32,000 nucleotides of DNA from Candidatus Korarchaeum cryptofilum OPF8 (lineage in GTDB: Archaea; Korarchaeota; Korarchaeia; Korarchaeales; Korarchaeaceae): NCBI RefSeq assembly GCF_000019605.1, contig NC_010482.1:870001-902000 (forward strand). Reading direction: 5' to 3'. The notes beneath the pieces were generated by a model. It was not told the origin of the DNA. It made no database searches and saw only the letters and a list, made by a program, of their open reading frames with translations. The position numbers and the translations under genes were made by a program. Every line of letters starts with the position of its first letter. Position 1 is the first letter of the stretch. Shown one piece after another: positions 1 to 8,151 of the stretch.

Positions 1-589
1 CTAGTAAGGCCCCCAATATTGATCCTACTACCCAGTGTATCGCTGAGCCTATAGTCGCAGCTATGAGCCCGATTACGAACATCACCACTAACCAGAGGAT
101 ATAGTTCCCGAGACCGATCCTCTGGATCAGCTGCCAGTTCTCGCTGAATGCGAATATCTTAGAGAAGTTCCCAGTCCTTATCATATTTCCTATTGCTATG
201 ACTCCGAATATCGCGAAGATAAAAGCTAGGATCACTCCGACTATTACGAGGCCGCTCGATAGTAGTGAGGAGAGCAACGACATAGGTGAGTAGAATGCGT
301 ATCCACCTATGGAAAATGCTATACCGACTCCCAAGATTATTATTGGGACTATCATGTAGATTATCGCAGCGATTACTACAAGGAGCCCATCGATGAATAA
401 CTTCCCGTAGTCGGAGAGCTTCGGTGGCTCCTCAGGGTTTTCCCTGACTATCCTCGCGAAATAGCCCGTGACGATTAAGTTGACGATCGGTATTATTCCT
501 AAAACGATGAGGATTAGCAGATTCCCTGCATCGCTAAAAAGTTTGCCGACGAAGGAGGCTGATCTATTGAGGTTATCCGACAGATCCAT
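1..589 (-). CDS. DUF4013-like polytopic membrane protein (C-terminus lies beyond the left window edge)
   Basis: Minus-strand ATG at 587-589 preceded by a GAGGGGG SD-like element. The frame stays open to position 2, so it is absent from the ORF track. My translation is MDLSDNLNRSASFVGKLFSDAGNLLILIVLGIIPIVNLIVTGYFARIVRENPEEPPKLSDYGKLFIDGLLVV... followed by several hydrophobic helices. The GY-x-x-R-I-V plus acidic loop plus TM pattern resembles DUF4013 as I recall it. Confidence 0.6.
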   Translation of the reverse strand, partial: MDLSDNLNRSASFVGKLFSDAGNLLILIVLGIIPIVNLIVTGYFARIVRENPEEPPKLSDYGKLFIDGLLVVIAAIIYMIVPIIILGVGIAFSIGGYAFYSPMSLLSSLLSSGLVIVGVILAFIFAIFGVIAIGNMIRTGNFSKIFAFSENWQLIQRIGLGNYILWLVVMFVIGLIAATIGSAIHWVVGSILGALL

Positions 590-823
590 GCGAACCCCCT
601 CTCTTCTATCCCTATTCTTTATTAAGTTTTCTGGGGGGAGATCATGTTTCCATTTTTAATCATTTCAATATTTTGTCAAATCTTTTAAGAGATATACATT
701 AAGCATATACTCTGAATAGGATAAGGGATTATTCAGTAAGTTAATCGACCAGATAATGCTTTTCAAATCCCTGGATCTTATAAAAAATTTATGGATTCTG
801 TTATCCAAGCTTTCTAGCACATT

Positions 824-1927
824 TTAGAGTATTATGAGCTCCCTACTCGTCTTAGTGAGCCTCTCTCCCCTCCCATTTATTACAGCCACATCATCCTCTA
901 TCCTGATGCCGAATTCCCCTTCAAGGTAAATTCCAGGTTCTATCGTGAAGGTCATACCATTCCTCAGCTCCACATCGCTATTCTGGGCTATATATGGCTC
1001 CTCATGTATATCTAAGCCCAGGCCATGCCCAGTCCTATGTGTGAATCTCTCCCCATACCCCTTGCTCGCTATTATTTTTCTAGCAACAGCATCTATCTCC
1101 TTAGCTATAACTCCCTCCCTAACAGCTTGAAAAGCTTCCTCCTGAGCCTCCTTAACTATGTTGTAGACCTCTAGACCCCTCTCTGAGGGCTTGCCTATGG
1201 AGAAGGTCCTCGTTATATCGGAGCAATAGCCCTTATACTTAGCTCCGAAGTCCAGTATGAGGAGATCTCCCTCAGATATCCTCCTCTCCGTCGGTGTGTG
1301 ATGGGGGTTAGCTCCATTCGGGCCTGAAGCTACTATAGCATCGAAAGAGAATTTATCGGCACCCAGATCAACTATCTCATTCTCTATGAATCTAGCTATC
1401 TCCTTCTCCTTTCTACCGACCAATTTCTCGCTTATAACACTCTCTATTACCTTATCAGCTATCTTAGCAGCTTCCCTCATCAGTTTTATCTCCTCATCAT
1501 CCTTCACGATCCTGAGCTTTGAGATGAGAGGGCCCAGGGGAGTTAGATCGTATGCCCTCAGGCTCTCATAAGCCCTCAGTATATGAGCAGCCTGCATATT
1601 ATCATCTATAGCTATCTTCCCACTTCTCCCAAAGCTCTTCCTTATCAAGTCACTTAGGATGGCATATGGGTTCTCAGAATCGCTCCATATGACTATATTT
1701 TCTATCCAGCACCCCCTAAGCTCATTCTCATACAACTTCGGTGCGATGAGAGTTACTCCCCCATCTGGGGAAATTAGGAGGGCGAAGAGCCTCTCCAAGG
1801 TAGCTGAAGGTGAGAGACCTGTCAGATAAAAGAGGTTCGTTCCCGGCGAAATTATGGCGCCTGAAATACCTGAATCCACCATTAGAGACGTTAGCTTCTC
1901 AATCCTCCTATTGAAATGAGCGGCCAT
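824..1927 (-). CDS. pepQ: Xaa-Pro dipeptidase / aminopeptidase P-like metallopeptidase (family M24B)
   Basis: The track ORF is 824..1945 with a TTG start. I prefer the ATG at 1925-1927 (MAAHFNRRIEKL), which follows GGTAGGTGGTG. M24 metal-ligand motifs are present: DFGAKYKGYCSDITRT, HRTGHGLGLDIHEEP, EPGIY, IRIEDDV. Confidence 0.9.
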   Translation of the reverse strand: MAAHFNRRIEKLTSLMVDSGISGAIISPGTNLFYLTGLSPSATLERLFALLISPDGGVTLIAPKLYENELRGCWIENIVIWSDSENPYAILSDLIRKSFGRSGKIAIDDNMQAAHILRAYESLRAYDLTPLGPLISKLRIVKDDEEIKLMREAAKIADKVIESVISEKLVGRKEKEIARFIENEIVDLGADKFSFDAIVASGPNGANPHHTPTERRISEGDLLILDFGAKYKGYCSDITRTFSIGKPSERGLEVYNIVKEAQEEAFQAVREGVIAKEIDAVARKIIASKGYGERFTHRTGHGLGLDIHEEPYIAQNSDVELRNGMTFTIEPGIYLEGEFGIRIEDDVAVINGRGERLTKTSRELIIL

Positions 1928-1950
1928 ATCAACACCACCTACCAAAAAAA

Positions 1951-2286
1951 TTAAAGTTTTATCTTCGGAGCCAGGACCCAGAGGACCCTGACTTCCTCAT
2001 CCCCTATGTTCTCTATATAATGCGGCGTACCCTTTGGATTGAGAAGGAGATCTCCCGGTCCGAGCACTATCTCCTCCTTATCCGTGCAGAACTTGAGCTT
2101 CCCTGAGAACATGAAAGATAGCTCATCGCTCTCTGAGTGAGAGCTGTAGCCCTGAGGCGGATATCTCTCCCCGGGTTTTATCAATGCTACGCCCGCTTGC
2201 AATATATCGCCAGCTAGAAGCTCCAAAACGTGCTCCTTGACTCCCCTCCAGAAGTCCTCGGATATGTTGATCCTCTTGAGGCTCAT
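1951..2286 (-). CDS. cupin-domain protein (cupin_2 type), function unknown
   Basis: 111-aa ORF. It has a cupin-like HSHSESDE...GD......G.PH..EN pattern (GTPHYIENIGDEEVRVLWV). Its stop lies 5 nt upstream of the peptidase start region, so the two are likely co-transcribed. Confidence 0.8.
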   Translation of the reverse strand: MSLKRINISEDFWRGVKEHVLELLAGDILQAGVALIKPGERYPPQGYSSHSESDELSFMFSGKLKFCTDKEEIVLGPGDLLLNPKGTPHYIENIGDEEVRVLWVLAPKIKL

Positions 2287-2457
2287 CTTCTATCCCTCAC
2301 GGAAAGGTAATCGGAATGATTACGGGGATAATAAAAAGTTAATCACTTCTCTCCGCGAGCTTTTCGGAATTTATTTACAACATTTGGGGAGAGAAATGCG
2401 AAGATTCATGCTTGATGACCCTTCACGGGGATCCTCAGCGAGCCCGCATCTCGAGAG

Positions 2458-2471
2458 GAAAAACTTTTAAG
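2458..2471 (+). promoter_or_regulatory. BRE/TATA-like promoter for the thi leader
   Basis: GAAAAACTTTTAAGG (A-rich BRE-like stretch plus CTTTTAAG) sits about 25 nt upstream of the first base of the riboswitch P1 helix (about 2493-2495). Confidence 0.5.
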
Positions 2472-2492
2472 GAGTGCCAGTCGAATGAGTTA

Positions 2493-2600
2493 GAGGGCGC
2501 CGGGGGAGCTGGGAGAAACCCGGCTGAGAGGGCAGCTTGTGCGCTGCCGACCCCCCTCGAACCTGATCCGGGTAATGCCGGCGTAGGGAGAGCGCCCTTC
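2493..2600 (+). promoter_or_regulatory. TPP (THI-box) riboswitch aptamer
   Basis: P1 is GGGCGC (2495-2500) paired with GCGCCC (2592-2597). GGGGAGC, a P3 hairpin, then an exact CUGAGA (2524-2529) and ACCCC closing P2. ACCUGAUCCGGGUAAUGCCGGCGUAGGGA (2561-2589) matches the consensus ACCUGAUCUGGAUAAUGCCAGCGUAGGGA, with compensatory CCGG/CCGG in place of CUGG/CCAG. Thiamine-salvage genes lie downstream. Confidence 0.9.
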
Positions 2601-2616
2601 TCCTTATGCTGGCCTA

Positions 2617-2650
2617 CCCCTCCCTCCGGCGTCTTCGGGAGGGGAATATG
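2617..2650 (+). promoter_or_regulatory. SD-sequestering hairpin (riboswitch expression platform) and start codon of cytX
   Basis: CCCCTCCC (2617-2624) is the perfect complement of the SD GGGAGGGG (2637-2644), which lies 3 nt before the ATG at 2648. AGGGAG of the aptamer core (2585-2590) can pair instead with CTCCCT (2620-2625). Confidence 0.6.
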
Positions 2651-3913
2651 CCTGGGAAGTTGCTGAGAGCTCCTCCTGAGTGGGGAGTTGAGCCCGTGAG
2701 TGAGGATGCGAGGATACTCAGGGCCATAGATTTCTTCTTCCTCTGGTTCAGCTTGGGAGTGGGCCTCTTAGTCCTCCAAGCCGGTGCTCTGATGATACCT
2801 TCCCTGACCATAGAGCAGGCACTCCTCATATCCCTCAGCGGCTCGATACTCGGGAGCCTCCTCCTAGCTCTTGCAGGGAGCATAGGCTCTAAGTACGGAG
2901 TACCCACCATGGTCTCCCTGAGGCCGATCTTCGGAACATACGGCTCATATTTAGCGACGATATTGAACTTCATCCAGCTAGTCGGATGGACTGCTTTCGA
3001 GCTGAAGGTCATGAGCGATTCTGCATCCCTAATCTTCGGAGGTGAGACATTCAGGATCCTCTGGCTCGTCCTCTTCTCATTCATAGTCCTGATCCTAGCG
3101 ATAGGGGGGCCCCTAGCTTTCGTGAGGAAATGGATCGAGAGGTTCGCCGTCTGGCTCGTCCTCCTCTCCACTATATGGATAACTTACCAGGCTTTCACAT
3201 CGGAGGTGAGATCCCAGGGGACCGGAGGGCTCCCTCTCACGCTCGCTTTAGATCTAGTCATAGCGATGCCCATATCCTGGATGCCCCTGGTCTCCGATTA
3301 CAACAGGTTCAGCGTGAGAGGAAGATCGAGTTTCCTGGGAACTCTCGTAGGATATACAGTAGCTAACACATGGTTCTACTTCTTAGGAGCTATTTTAGCT
3401 GCTATCTCAGGTCAGCAGTTCATAGCAGCATCTATACTAAGCTTATACCTTGGAGGAGTTGCCTTAATCGCGATATTAGTTGATGAGACCGATAACGCTT
3501 ACGCTGATGTATACTCCTCAGCGGTCTCCCTCCAGAACATATTCCCGAAGCTCAGGCAGTGGAAGATAATAGTCCCCGTTATATCGATATCAGCTGTTAT
3601 AGCCTTCTTCGTGCCCCTATCTAACTACGAGTGGTTCCTCCTCATGATAGGCGCTTCATTCATCCCCCTCTTCGGCGTCGTCATCTCCGAATACTTCCTG
3701 GTGAGGAGGAGCAATATAGAGCTCGGGGAGTTCTACGAGGGGGCCCCAAAGTTAGTTAGGAGATCGATAGCATCCTGGTTCGTAGGGCTCCTCGTCTACA
3801 GCGTCATAGCAGTATATTTCCCGGACCTCGGGGCCAGCGTGCCCTCCTTCCTCTCATCCCTGCTAGCTCAATACGCTTTGGGGAGGTGGGAGCTTGGTTT
3901 GGATAGATCTTAA
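2648..3913 (+). CDS. cytX: NCS1-family permease, CytX-like hydroxymethylpyrimidine transporter
   Basis: The track ORF is 2606..3913. The in-frame ATG at 2648 has a strong SD. About 12 TM helices. The N-terminal [17 protein letters not shown] and [12 protein letters not shown] motifs are typical of cytosine/purine/HMP permeases. It lies directly behind a TPP riboswitch and ahead of thiD. Confidence 0.8.
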   Translation: MPGKLLRAPPEWGVEPVSEDARILRAIDFFFLWFSLGVGLLVLQAGALMIPSLTIEQALLISLSGSILGSLLLALAGSIGSKYGVPTMVSLRPIFGTYGSYLATILNFIQLVGWTAFELKVMSDSASLIFGGETFRILWLVLFSFIVLILAIGGPLAFVRKWIERFAVWLVLLSTIWITYQAFTSEVRSQGTGGLPLTLALDLVIAMPISWMPLVSDYNRFSVRGRSSFLGTLVGYTVANTWFYFLGAILAAISGQQFIAASILSLYLGGVALIAILVDETDNAYADVYSSAVSLQNIFPKLRQWKIIVPVISISAVIAFFVPLSNYEWFLLMIGASFIPLFGVVISEYFLVRRSNIELGEFYEGAPKLVRRSIASWFVGLLVYSVIAVYFPDLGASVPSFLSSLLAQYALGRWELGLDRS

Positions 3914-5246
3914 GAGGGTCCCCGTAGCTCTCACAATAGCTGGGAGCGATTCGGGCGGAGGAGCAGGCATACAAGCGGATCTAAAGACTTTCGCAGCTCT
4001 TGGAGTTCATGGAACTGTTGCCATAACATCTATAACAGCTCAGAATACTAGGGAGGTCAGGGCCGTCCAGGATGTGAGCGTAGATGTGATTAAGGCTCAG
4101 ATAGAGGCTGTAGTTAGCGATATAGGGGTCGATGCAGCTAAAACAGGTATGCTGCATACCTCTGAGATAATAGAAGCTGTCTCAGAGGAGATAAGCAGAT
4201 ACAAAATACCCTTGGTTGTGGATCCAGTAATGATAGCGAAGAGCGGAGCTCCTCTACTTAAGGAGGATGCCGTAGGCTCTCTGATAAGGAGACTGCTCCC
4301 TGTAGCTAAAGTAGTCACGCCTAACGCTAGGGAAGCTGAGGTCCTGGCCGGCGTGAGGATAGGGAGCGTTGAGGACGCTAGGAGAGCTGCTAAACTCATA
4401 GCTGATATGGGACCGGAGGGGGTGATAGTGAAGGGAGGCCATATGGAGGGGAGCGAGAGCATCGATATCCTCTTCTACCAGGGGGATTTCATCGAGCTGA
4501 GGGCACCCAGGTTGGAGAGCAGGAACACTCACGGTACTGGATGCTCCTTCTCAGCAGCAATAACTGCGGAACTAGCTAAAGGGAAGGACATAAGGGAAGC
4601 CTTCAGGGTCGCTAAGGACCTAGTCACTCACGCTATAATGTACGGGATACCCGTTGGGAAGGGGCACGGGCCACTGAACCCAATGGCCTCCCTGTACAAT
4701 GAATCGGAGAGGTACGCTACTTTGATGAGAGTGGTTGAAGCAGTCAGGATACTCGAGGGGATAGAGGATGCGAGGAAGATAGCTCCGGAAGTGGGGATCA
4801 ATGTCGCCATGAGCCTCCCATATGCTAGGGACTCTCATGACGTTGCCGCGGTCCCGGGGAGGATCCATTTAGTGGGTAGGAAGCTTAAAGCTACTTCCTA
4901 CCCTGAGTTCGGTGCGAGCGATCACTTGGCTAGGTACATCCTCACATCTAGGCTCTACGATAGGGAGATAAGGGCCGCTATAAACATAGCTTACAGCGAT
5001 GAGAACTTGGAGAGGCTCGCGAGCATGGGGCTGAAGGTCTCTTGGTACGATAGGAGGGAGGAGCCCGGGGAAGTCAAAGCTAGGGAGGGGGCCACGATAC
5101 CCTGGGGGGTCAGGGTAGCCGTCGAGAGAGCTGGCAGAGTACCTGATGCGATATTCCACAGGGGGGACTGGGGGAAGGAGCCGATGATAGTGCTCCTAGG
5201 GAGGGATGCCGTCTCCCTAGCTGAGGTGGTGAGGTCGATAGCATGA
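3894..5246 (+). CDS. thiDN: bifunctional ThiDN: HMP/HMP-P kinase (ThiD) fused to ThiN-type thiamine-phosphate synthase
   Basis: TTG start behind GGAGGTG, overlapping cytX by 20 nt. The N-terminus [20 protein letters not shown]...VVDPVM...TPN..E...HGTGC is the ThiD hallmark. The C-terminal 180 aa ([30 protein letters not shown]...) looks like an archaeal ThiN domain. Confidence 0.9.
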   Translation: MVWIDLKRVPVALTIAGSDSGGGAGIQADLKTFAALGVHGTVAITSITAQNTREVRAVQDVSVDVIKAQIEAVVSDIGVDAAKTGMLHTSEIIEAVSEEISRYKIPLVVDPVMIAKSGAPLLKEDAVGSLIRRLLPVAKVVTPNAREAEVLAGVRIGSVEDARRAAKLIADMGPEGVIVKGGHMEGSESIDILFYQGDFIELRAPRLESRNTHGTGCSFSAAITAELAKGKDIREAFRVAKDLVTHAIMYGIPVGKGHGPLNPMASLYNESERYATLMRVVEAVRILEGIEDARKIAPEVGINVAMSLPYARDSHDVAAVPGRIHLVGRKLKATSYPEFGASDHLARYILTSRLYDREIRAAINIAYSDENLERLASMGLKVSWYDRREEPGEVKAREGATIPWGVRVAVERAGRVPDAIFHRGDWGKEPMIVLLGRDAVSLAEVVRSIA

Positions 5247-5734
5247 TGAGGAAGTTAGTTACAGCTGGAGTTTTATCGGCCTTGGGCGTCGTGATATCAC
5301 CGCTGCTCTCCTTCCCAATACTTGCCTTCAAGGTGTACCCGGGGCAGCACATGATAAACGCTATCTCCGGAGTCCTCTTAGGACCTTGGTGGGCTGCTCT
5401 CATCTCCATAATAGTCGGGACGATAAGGATAGCGATGGGCACGGGAACTATCTTCGCCTATCCCGGTGGCATCCCGGGAGCTCTAGTCGTCGGCTTCTTC
5501 TCCTGGTTATTCAGGAGGCTGAGGGTGAGGAAGGAGCTAGCAGCTCTATCGGAGCCCCTCGGAACCGTCTTCATAGGGGGGACTATCGCCACCCTAATAG
5601 TGGCTCCGATGGTCGGTAGATCCATACTACTCACGGCTACATGGGTAACGTGGGCTATGAGCTCAGTCCCCGGCAGTATAGCTGGCTACTTGATCCTGGA
5701 GGGGTTGAGGAGGATTGGGATTGAGGAGATATGA
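5243..5734 (+). CDS. thiW: ThiW-like thiazole (HET) transporter, ECF S-component-like
   Basis: ATGA overlap with thiDN. 163 aa with 5-6 TM helices. YPGQHMINAISGVLLGPWWA is typical of ThiW as I recall it. Thiamine operon context. Confidence 0.75.
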   Translation: MMRKLVTAGVLSALGVVISPLLSFPILAFKVYPGQHMINAISGVLLGPWWAALISIIVGTIRIAMGTGTIFAYPGGIPGALVVGFFSWLFRRLRVRKELAALSEPLGTVFIGGTIATLIVAPMVGRSILLTATWVTWAMSSVPGSIAGYLILEGLRRIGIEEI

Positions 5735-6248
5735 GCTCCTCATAGGGAAGAAGACCCTGATAATAGGCGGAGTTGGGAGCGGGAAGACGAGGCTAACTGC
5801 TGAGATATTGAGGGGGCTCATGGACCGCATGGGGAGCCTTACCCTCATGGACTTCGCCCCCGGGAGGGGAGGAGTTGGCCTCCCCCTCTCGAGTTATATT
5901 AACATAGGTTGCGTGAGGCCCGAGGGCTTGCACGCTCCCAGGATCGAGGGGAGGGATGCTGAGGAAGTCTTAAGGTTGGCTAGGGATAATGAGGAGAAGA
6001 TAAGACCTATTTTAATTTCTTTTCTTTCGAAACCGACGGATGCTCTCGTGATAAATGATCTGACGATCTACCTGCACTCCGGGGATCTAGAACTCCTGCT
6101 GAAGTGCATCGATTCCTCCAAGACCTTCATAGGTAACGCTTATTACGGGAAGGATTTCGACGATAAGGGGAGCGGATTGAATGAGAGGGAGAGATTTTTG
6201 GTTGAGAAATTAATGAAGATGATGGATTTAGTCATAAAAATGAGCTAA
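5715..6248 (+). CDS. uncharacterised small P-loop NTPase/kinase (Walker A GGVGSGKT)
   Basis: TTG start overlapping the thiW 3' end by 20 nt. Walker A is LIIGGVGSGKTRL. A hydrophobic strand ends in D-x-x-PG (LTLMDFAPGRGG), reminiscent of Clp1/GPN-type SIMIBI NTPases. A second hhhhD strand is ALVINDLT. I cannot assign a family. Confidence 0.6.
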   Translation: MGLRRYELLIGKKTLIIGGVGSGKTRLTAEILRGLMDRMGSLTLMDFAPGRGGVGLPLSSYINIGCVRPEGLHAPRIEGRDAEEVLRLARDNEEKIRPILISFLSKPTDALVINDLTIYLHSGDLELLLKCIDSSKTFIGNAYYGKDFDDKGSGLNERERFLVEKLMKMMDLVIKMS

Positions 6249-6278
6249 TTATCCCGTTCGAGTTCCCGAAAGATTAAG

Positions 6279-6995
6279 ATGAATAGTCAGCTAGCCACCC
6301 TTATGAGAAGGATCGTTGAGGCCTCAATACTCCTCCTCTCGCTCAGTTATATATTCAACGCGATCCTAGGGAGAATCGGAGCGAGAGGAACCGCCGACCT
6401 ACTGATGCTAATACTATTTTCCCTATCCATATTGCTCATGAGCACCAGGGTGAGGAGGATAATTCTCCTCCCGATACTCGGATCCTTTTTAGGATTTATC
6501 TTCGAGTTCATAGGCTTGAGATATTCCTTTCCCTTCGGGAGTTATCGCTATTTGGCCTTCGAGGGCTTCGCTCTCCAAGGGGTCCCCATACCGGTCATAA
6601 TAGCCTGGGGAGTTTACGTTTACACTTGCTACCTAGCTTCCCTCTATATCTCGAGGAGGATGAGCATAATAACTGCTTCCTCGCTGATGGTCCTCCTGGA
6701 TATGGCTTTAGATCCAGTGATGGTTGAGAGGGGCGTCTGGATATGGGAGGCAGGGGGAGAGTGGTTCGGAGTACCGCTGACCAATTACTTAGGCTGGTTC
6801 CTGGTCTCATCGATCTCGCTGATCCTCTATAATTTGGCTGGGGAGGAGCCCCTGGAGGTAGGATCCACATCCTACATACCATACATAAGCAGCTTCCTCC
6901 CCATAATCTCGATGTCAGGAGCGAGCTCATGGCTCCCCTCATATATATCCATCTCGATAGCCCTGATACTGCCGATAATGAGGGCGATAAAGTGA
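6279..6995 (+). CDS. DUF422 / carotenoid-biosynthesis-associated membrane protein family
   Basis: 238 aa with about 7 TM helices. Motifs FEFIGLRYSFPFGSYRY...GVPIPVIIAWG and LDMALDPVMVERGVWIWEAGGEWFGVPLTNYLGWF match that family as I recall it. Confidence 0.6.
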   Translation: MNSQLATLMRRIVEASILLLSLSYIFNAILGRIGARGTADLLMLILFSLSILLMSTRVRRIILLPILGSFLGFIFEFIGLRYSFPFGSYRYLAFEGFALQGVPIPVIIAWGVYVYTCYLASLYISRRMSIITASSLMVLLDMALDPVMVERGVWIWEAGGEWFGVPLTNYLGWFLVSSISLILYNLAGEEPLEVGSTSYIPYISSFLPIISMSGASSWLPSYISISIALILPIMRAIK

Positions 6996-7040
6996 TGCAG
7001 AACCTTTTTAATATTATCTGGGGCTCAGGGGTGGATAATT

Positions 7041-7301
7041 ATGCTAGTGATCCTGAACATATACACGCACCTGGGCGAGCTCGATGATGTAGTAGAGAGG
7101 TTGATGGAGCTCGATGAAGTCGTGGACCTCTACGAGGTGACGGGAGATTACGATATAGTAGCTGTGATAGAGGTCGATTCCATCGAGGAGTTCAGGGGCA
7201 AGATACTCAGGAAGCTGATGGATCTGAAGGGGGTCAGGGGGACTAATAGCTTCGTAGTGCTCCACGCCCATAAGAGAGGAGGGAGGATCTTAGAGGAGTG
7301 A
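7041..7301 (+). CDS. stand-alone Lrp/AsnC ligand-binding (RAM) domain protein, no HTH
   Basis: 86 aa. The pattern LDEVVDLYEVTGDYDIVAVIEVDSIEEFRGKILRKLMDLKGVRGTNSFVVL is the beta-alpha-beta-beta-alpha-beta RAM fold sequence pattern. Confidence 0.8.
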   Translation: MLVILNIYTHLGELDDVVERLMELDEVVDLYEVTGDYDIVAVIEVDSIEEFRGKILRKLMDLKGVRGTNSFVVLHAHKRGGRILEE

Positions 7302-7732
7302 GCGGGAATCCCAGGAGGATACTCTTCCCAGTAGTAGAGGATTTCTCCCCGGATAAGCTCAGGGCCCTCATATCTGGGACTATCGGCATATCCAATGCTG
7401 AGATAACATTACTGCATGTCGTCAGAGTCCCTATGACAGCTCCCCTGGATGAGGAGACCTTCTCAGGGGAGCTAGCTGAGTGGGAAGGTAAGCTGAGGAG
7501 GTTAGCTGAACAGCTGGAGGGGGGAGGGCTGAGAGCGAGGGTCAGGGTTGTCCTCTCCAGGAGCATCTTAACGGGCATAGAGGAATGCCTGCAGGGCCAC
7601 GATATGCTCCTCTTAGTCAGGGGGACATTCGGGGGGACCTTCAGGAAGGTAATAGCCAGGATCTCAATAGAGAAACTCTCGGAAAAGTACAGGACTCCGA
7701 TAATCGTGATAAGCAGGAATCTGATCTCTTGA
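7298..7732 (+). CDS. universal stress protein (UspA)-like
   Basis: GTGA overlap with the RAM gene. ILFPVVEDFS...ITLLHVVRVP at the N-terminus and DMLLLVRG...TPIIVI at the C-terminus follow the USP topology. The ATP-binding G-2x-G-9x-G(S/T) motif is degenerate (GTFGGTFRKVIARIS). Confidence 0.6.
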   Translation: MSGNPRRILFPVVEDFSPDKLRALISGTIGISNAEITLLHVVRVPMTAPLDEETFSGELAEWEGKLRRLAEQLEGGGLRARVRVVLSRSILTGIEECLQGHDMLLLVRGTFGGTFRKVIARISIEKLSEKYRTPIIVISRNLIS

Positions 7733-7751
7733 ATGGCATCTGAATAAAAAT

Positions 7752-7922
7752 TTATTTCAGTTTGTATTTTCCATCCCCTGTTTTCTCCACCTTCCCCGCT
7801 TTCTCCAACCTCGTCAGCTGACCTTTCACCACACCCGCTTTAGCTCCCGTGACCTTAATCAGCTCCTCCAGGGACTTTGGGCCGGACTTCAGCTCCTCCA
7901 GTATCTTGTCCTTCACACCCAT
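7752..7922 (-). CDS. 56-aa winged-helix DNA-binding protein (below the ORF-track size cut-off)
   Basis: My own translation is MGVKDKILEELKSGPKSLEELIKVTGAKAGVVKGQLTRLEKAGKVEKTGDGKYKLK. ATG at 7920-7922 behind GGGGAGGG, TAA at 7752-7754. Codon usage matches the neighbours. The helix-turn-helix-wing pattern resembles small MarR/ArsR-like wHTH proteins. Confidence 0.65.
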   Translation of the reverse strand: MGVKDKILEELKSGPKSLEELIKVTGAKAGVVKGQLTRLEKAGKVEKTGDGKYKLK

Positions 7923-8151
7923 GCTGACCCTCCCCTTATTCGAATCTCCAGAATAAAAGGATTTTTCACAGTTCTATGAAATTTAAAAAATTAATGATAC
8001 AGGAATGGAAATTCTTTATGCCCCTATTCGCCCGCTATTGAAATTCTCTTATCTTCTTTATTTGATTTGGGATAAGCTTGAAGCCCCGGCTCGAGCGTAG
8101 CCGCCGGAGGAAAAGTTAATAAATTGAATTTGGCTGCGGTGGGCTGAAAGG

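Noticed and set aside
706-717. Recurring 12-mer TAT(A/T)CTCTGAAT in three intergenic regions (706-717, 14921-14932, 30304-30315)
   Set aside because: Exact 12-mer coincidences are expected tens of times in 32 kb on both strands. Even restricted to about 2.5 kb of AT-rich spacer the excess is marginal. Position relative to TATA boxes and start codons is inconsistent (about 117 nt, about 31 nt, about 290 nt). Only a genome-wide motif count would make it worth pursuing.
712-736. Inverted repeat CTGAATA-N11-TATTCAG downstream of the M24 gene and upstream of the DUF4013 gene
   Set aside because: It is a 7-bp AT-rich stem in an AT-rich spacer. It could be a weak terminator or a TF site, but I have no supporting context or second copy.
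2614-3171. Long antisense ORFs opposite real genes (for example 2614..3171 minus, 14100..14666 plus, 6595..6942 minus, 30320..30910 minus, 4097..4462 minus)
   Set aside because: These are shadow ORFs produced by the strong codon bias of the sense genes. Their compositions are Arg/Ser/Pro/Leu-rich and low in complexity, they have no start-site signals, and they are fully nested in confidently assigned genes.
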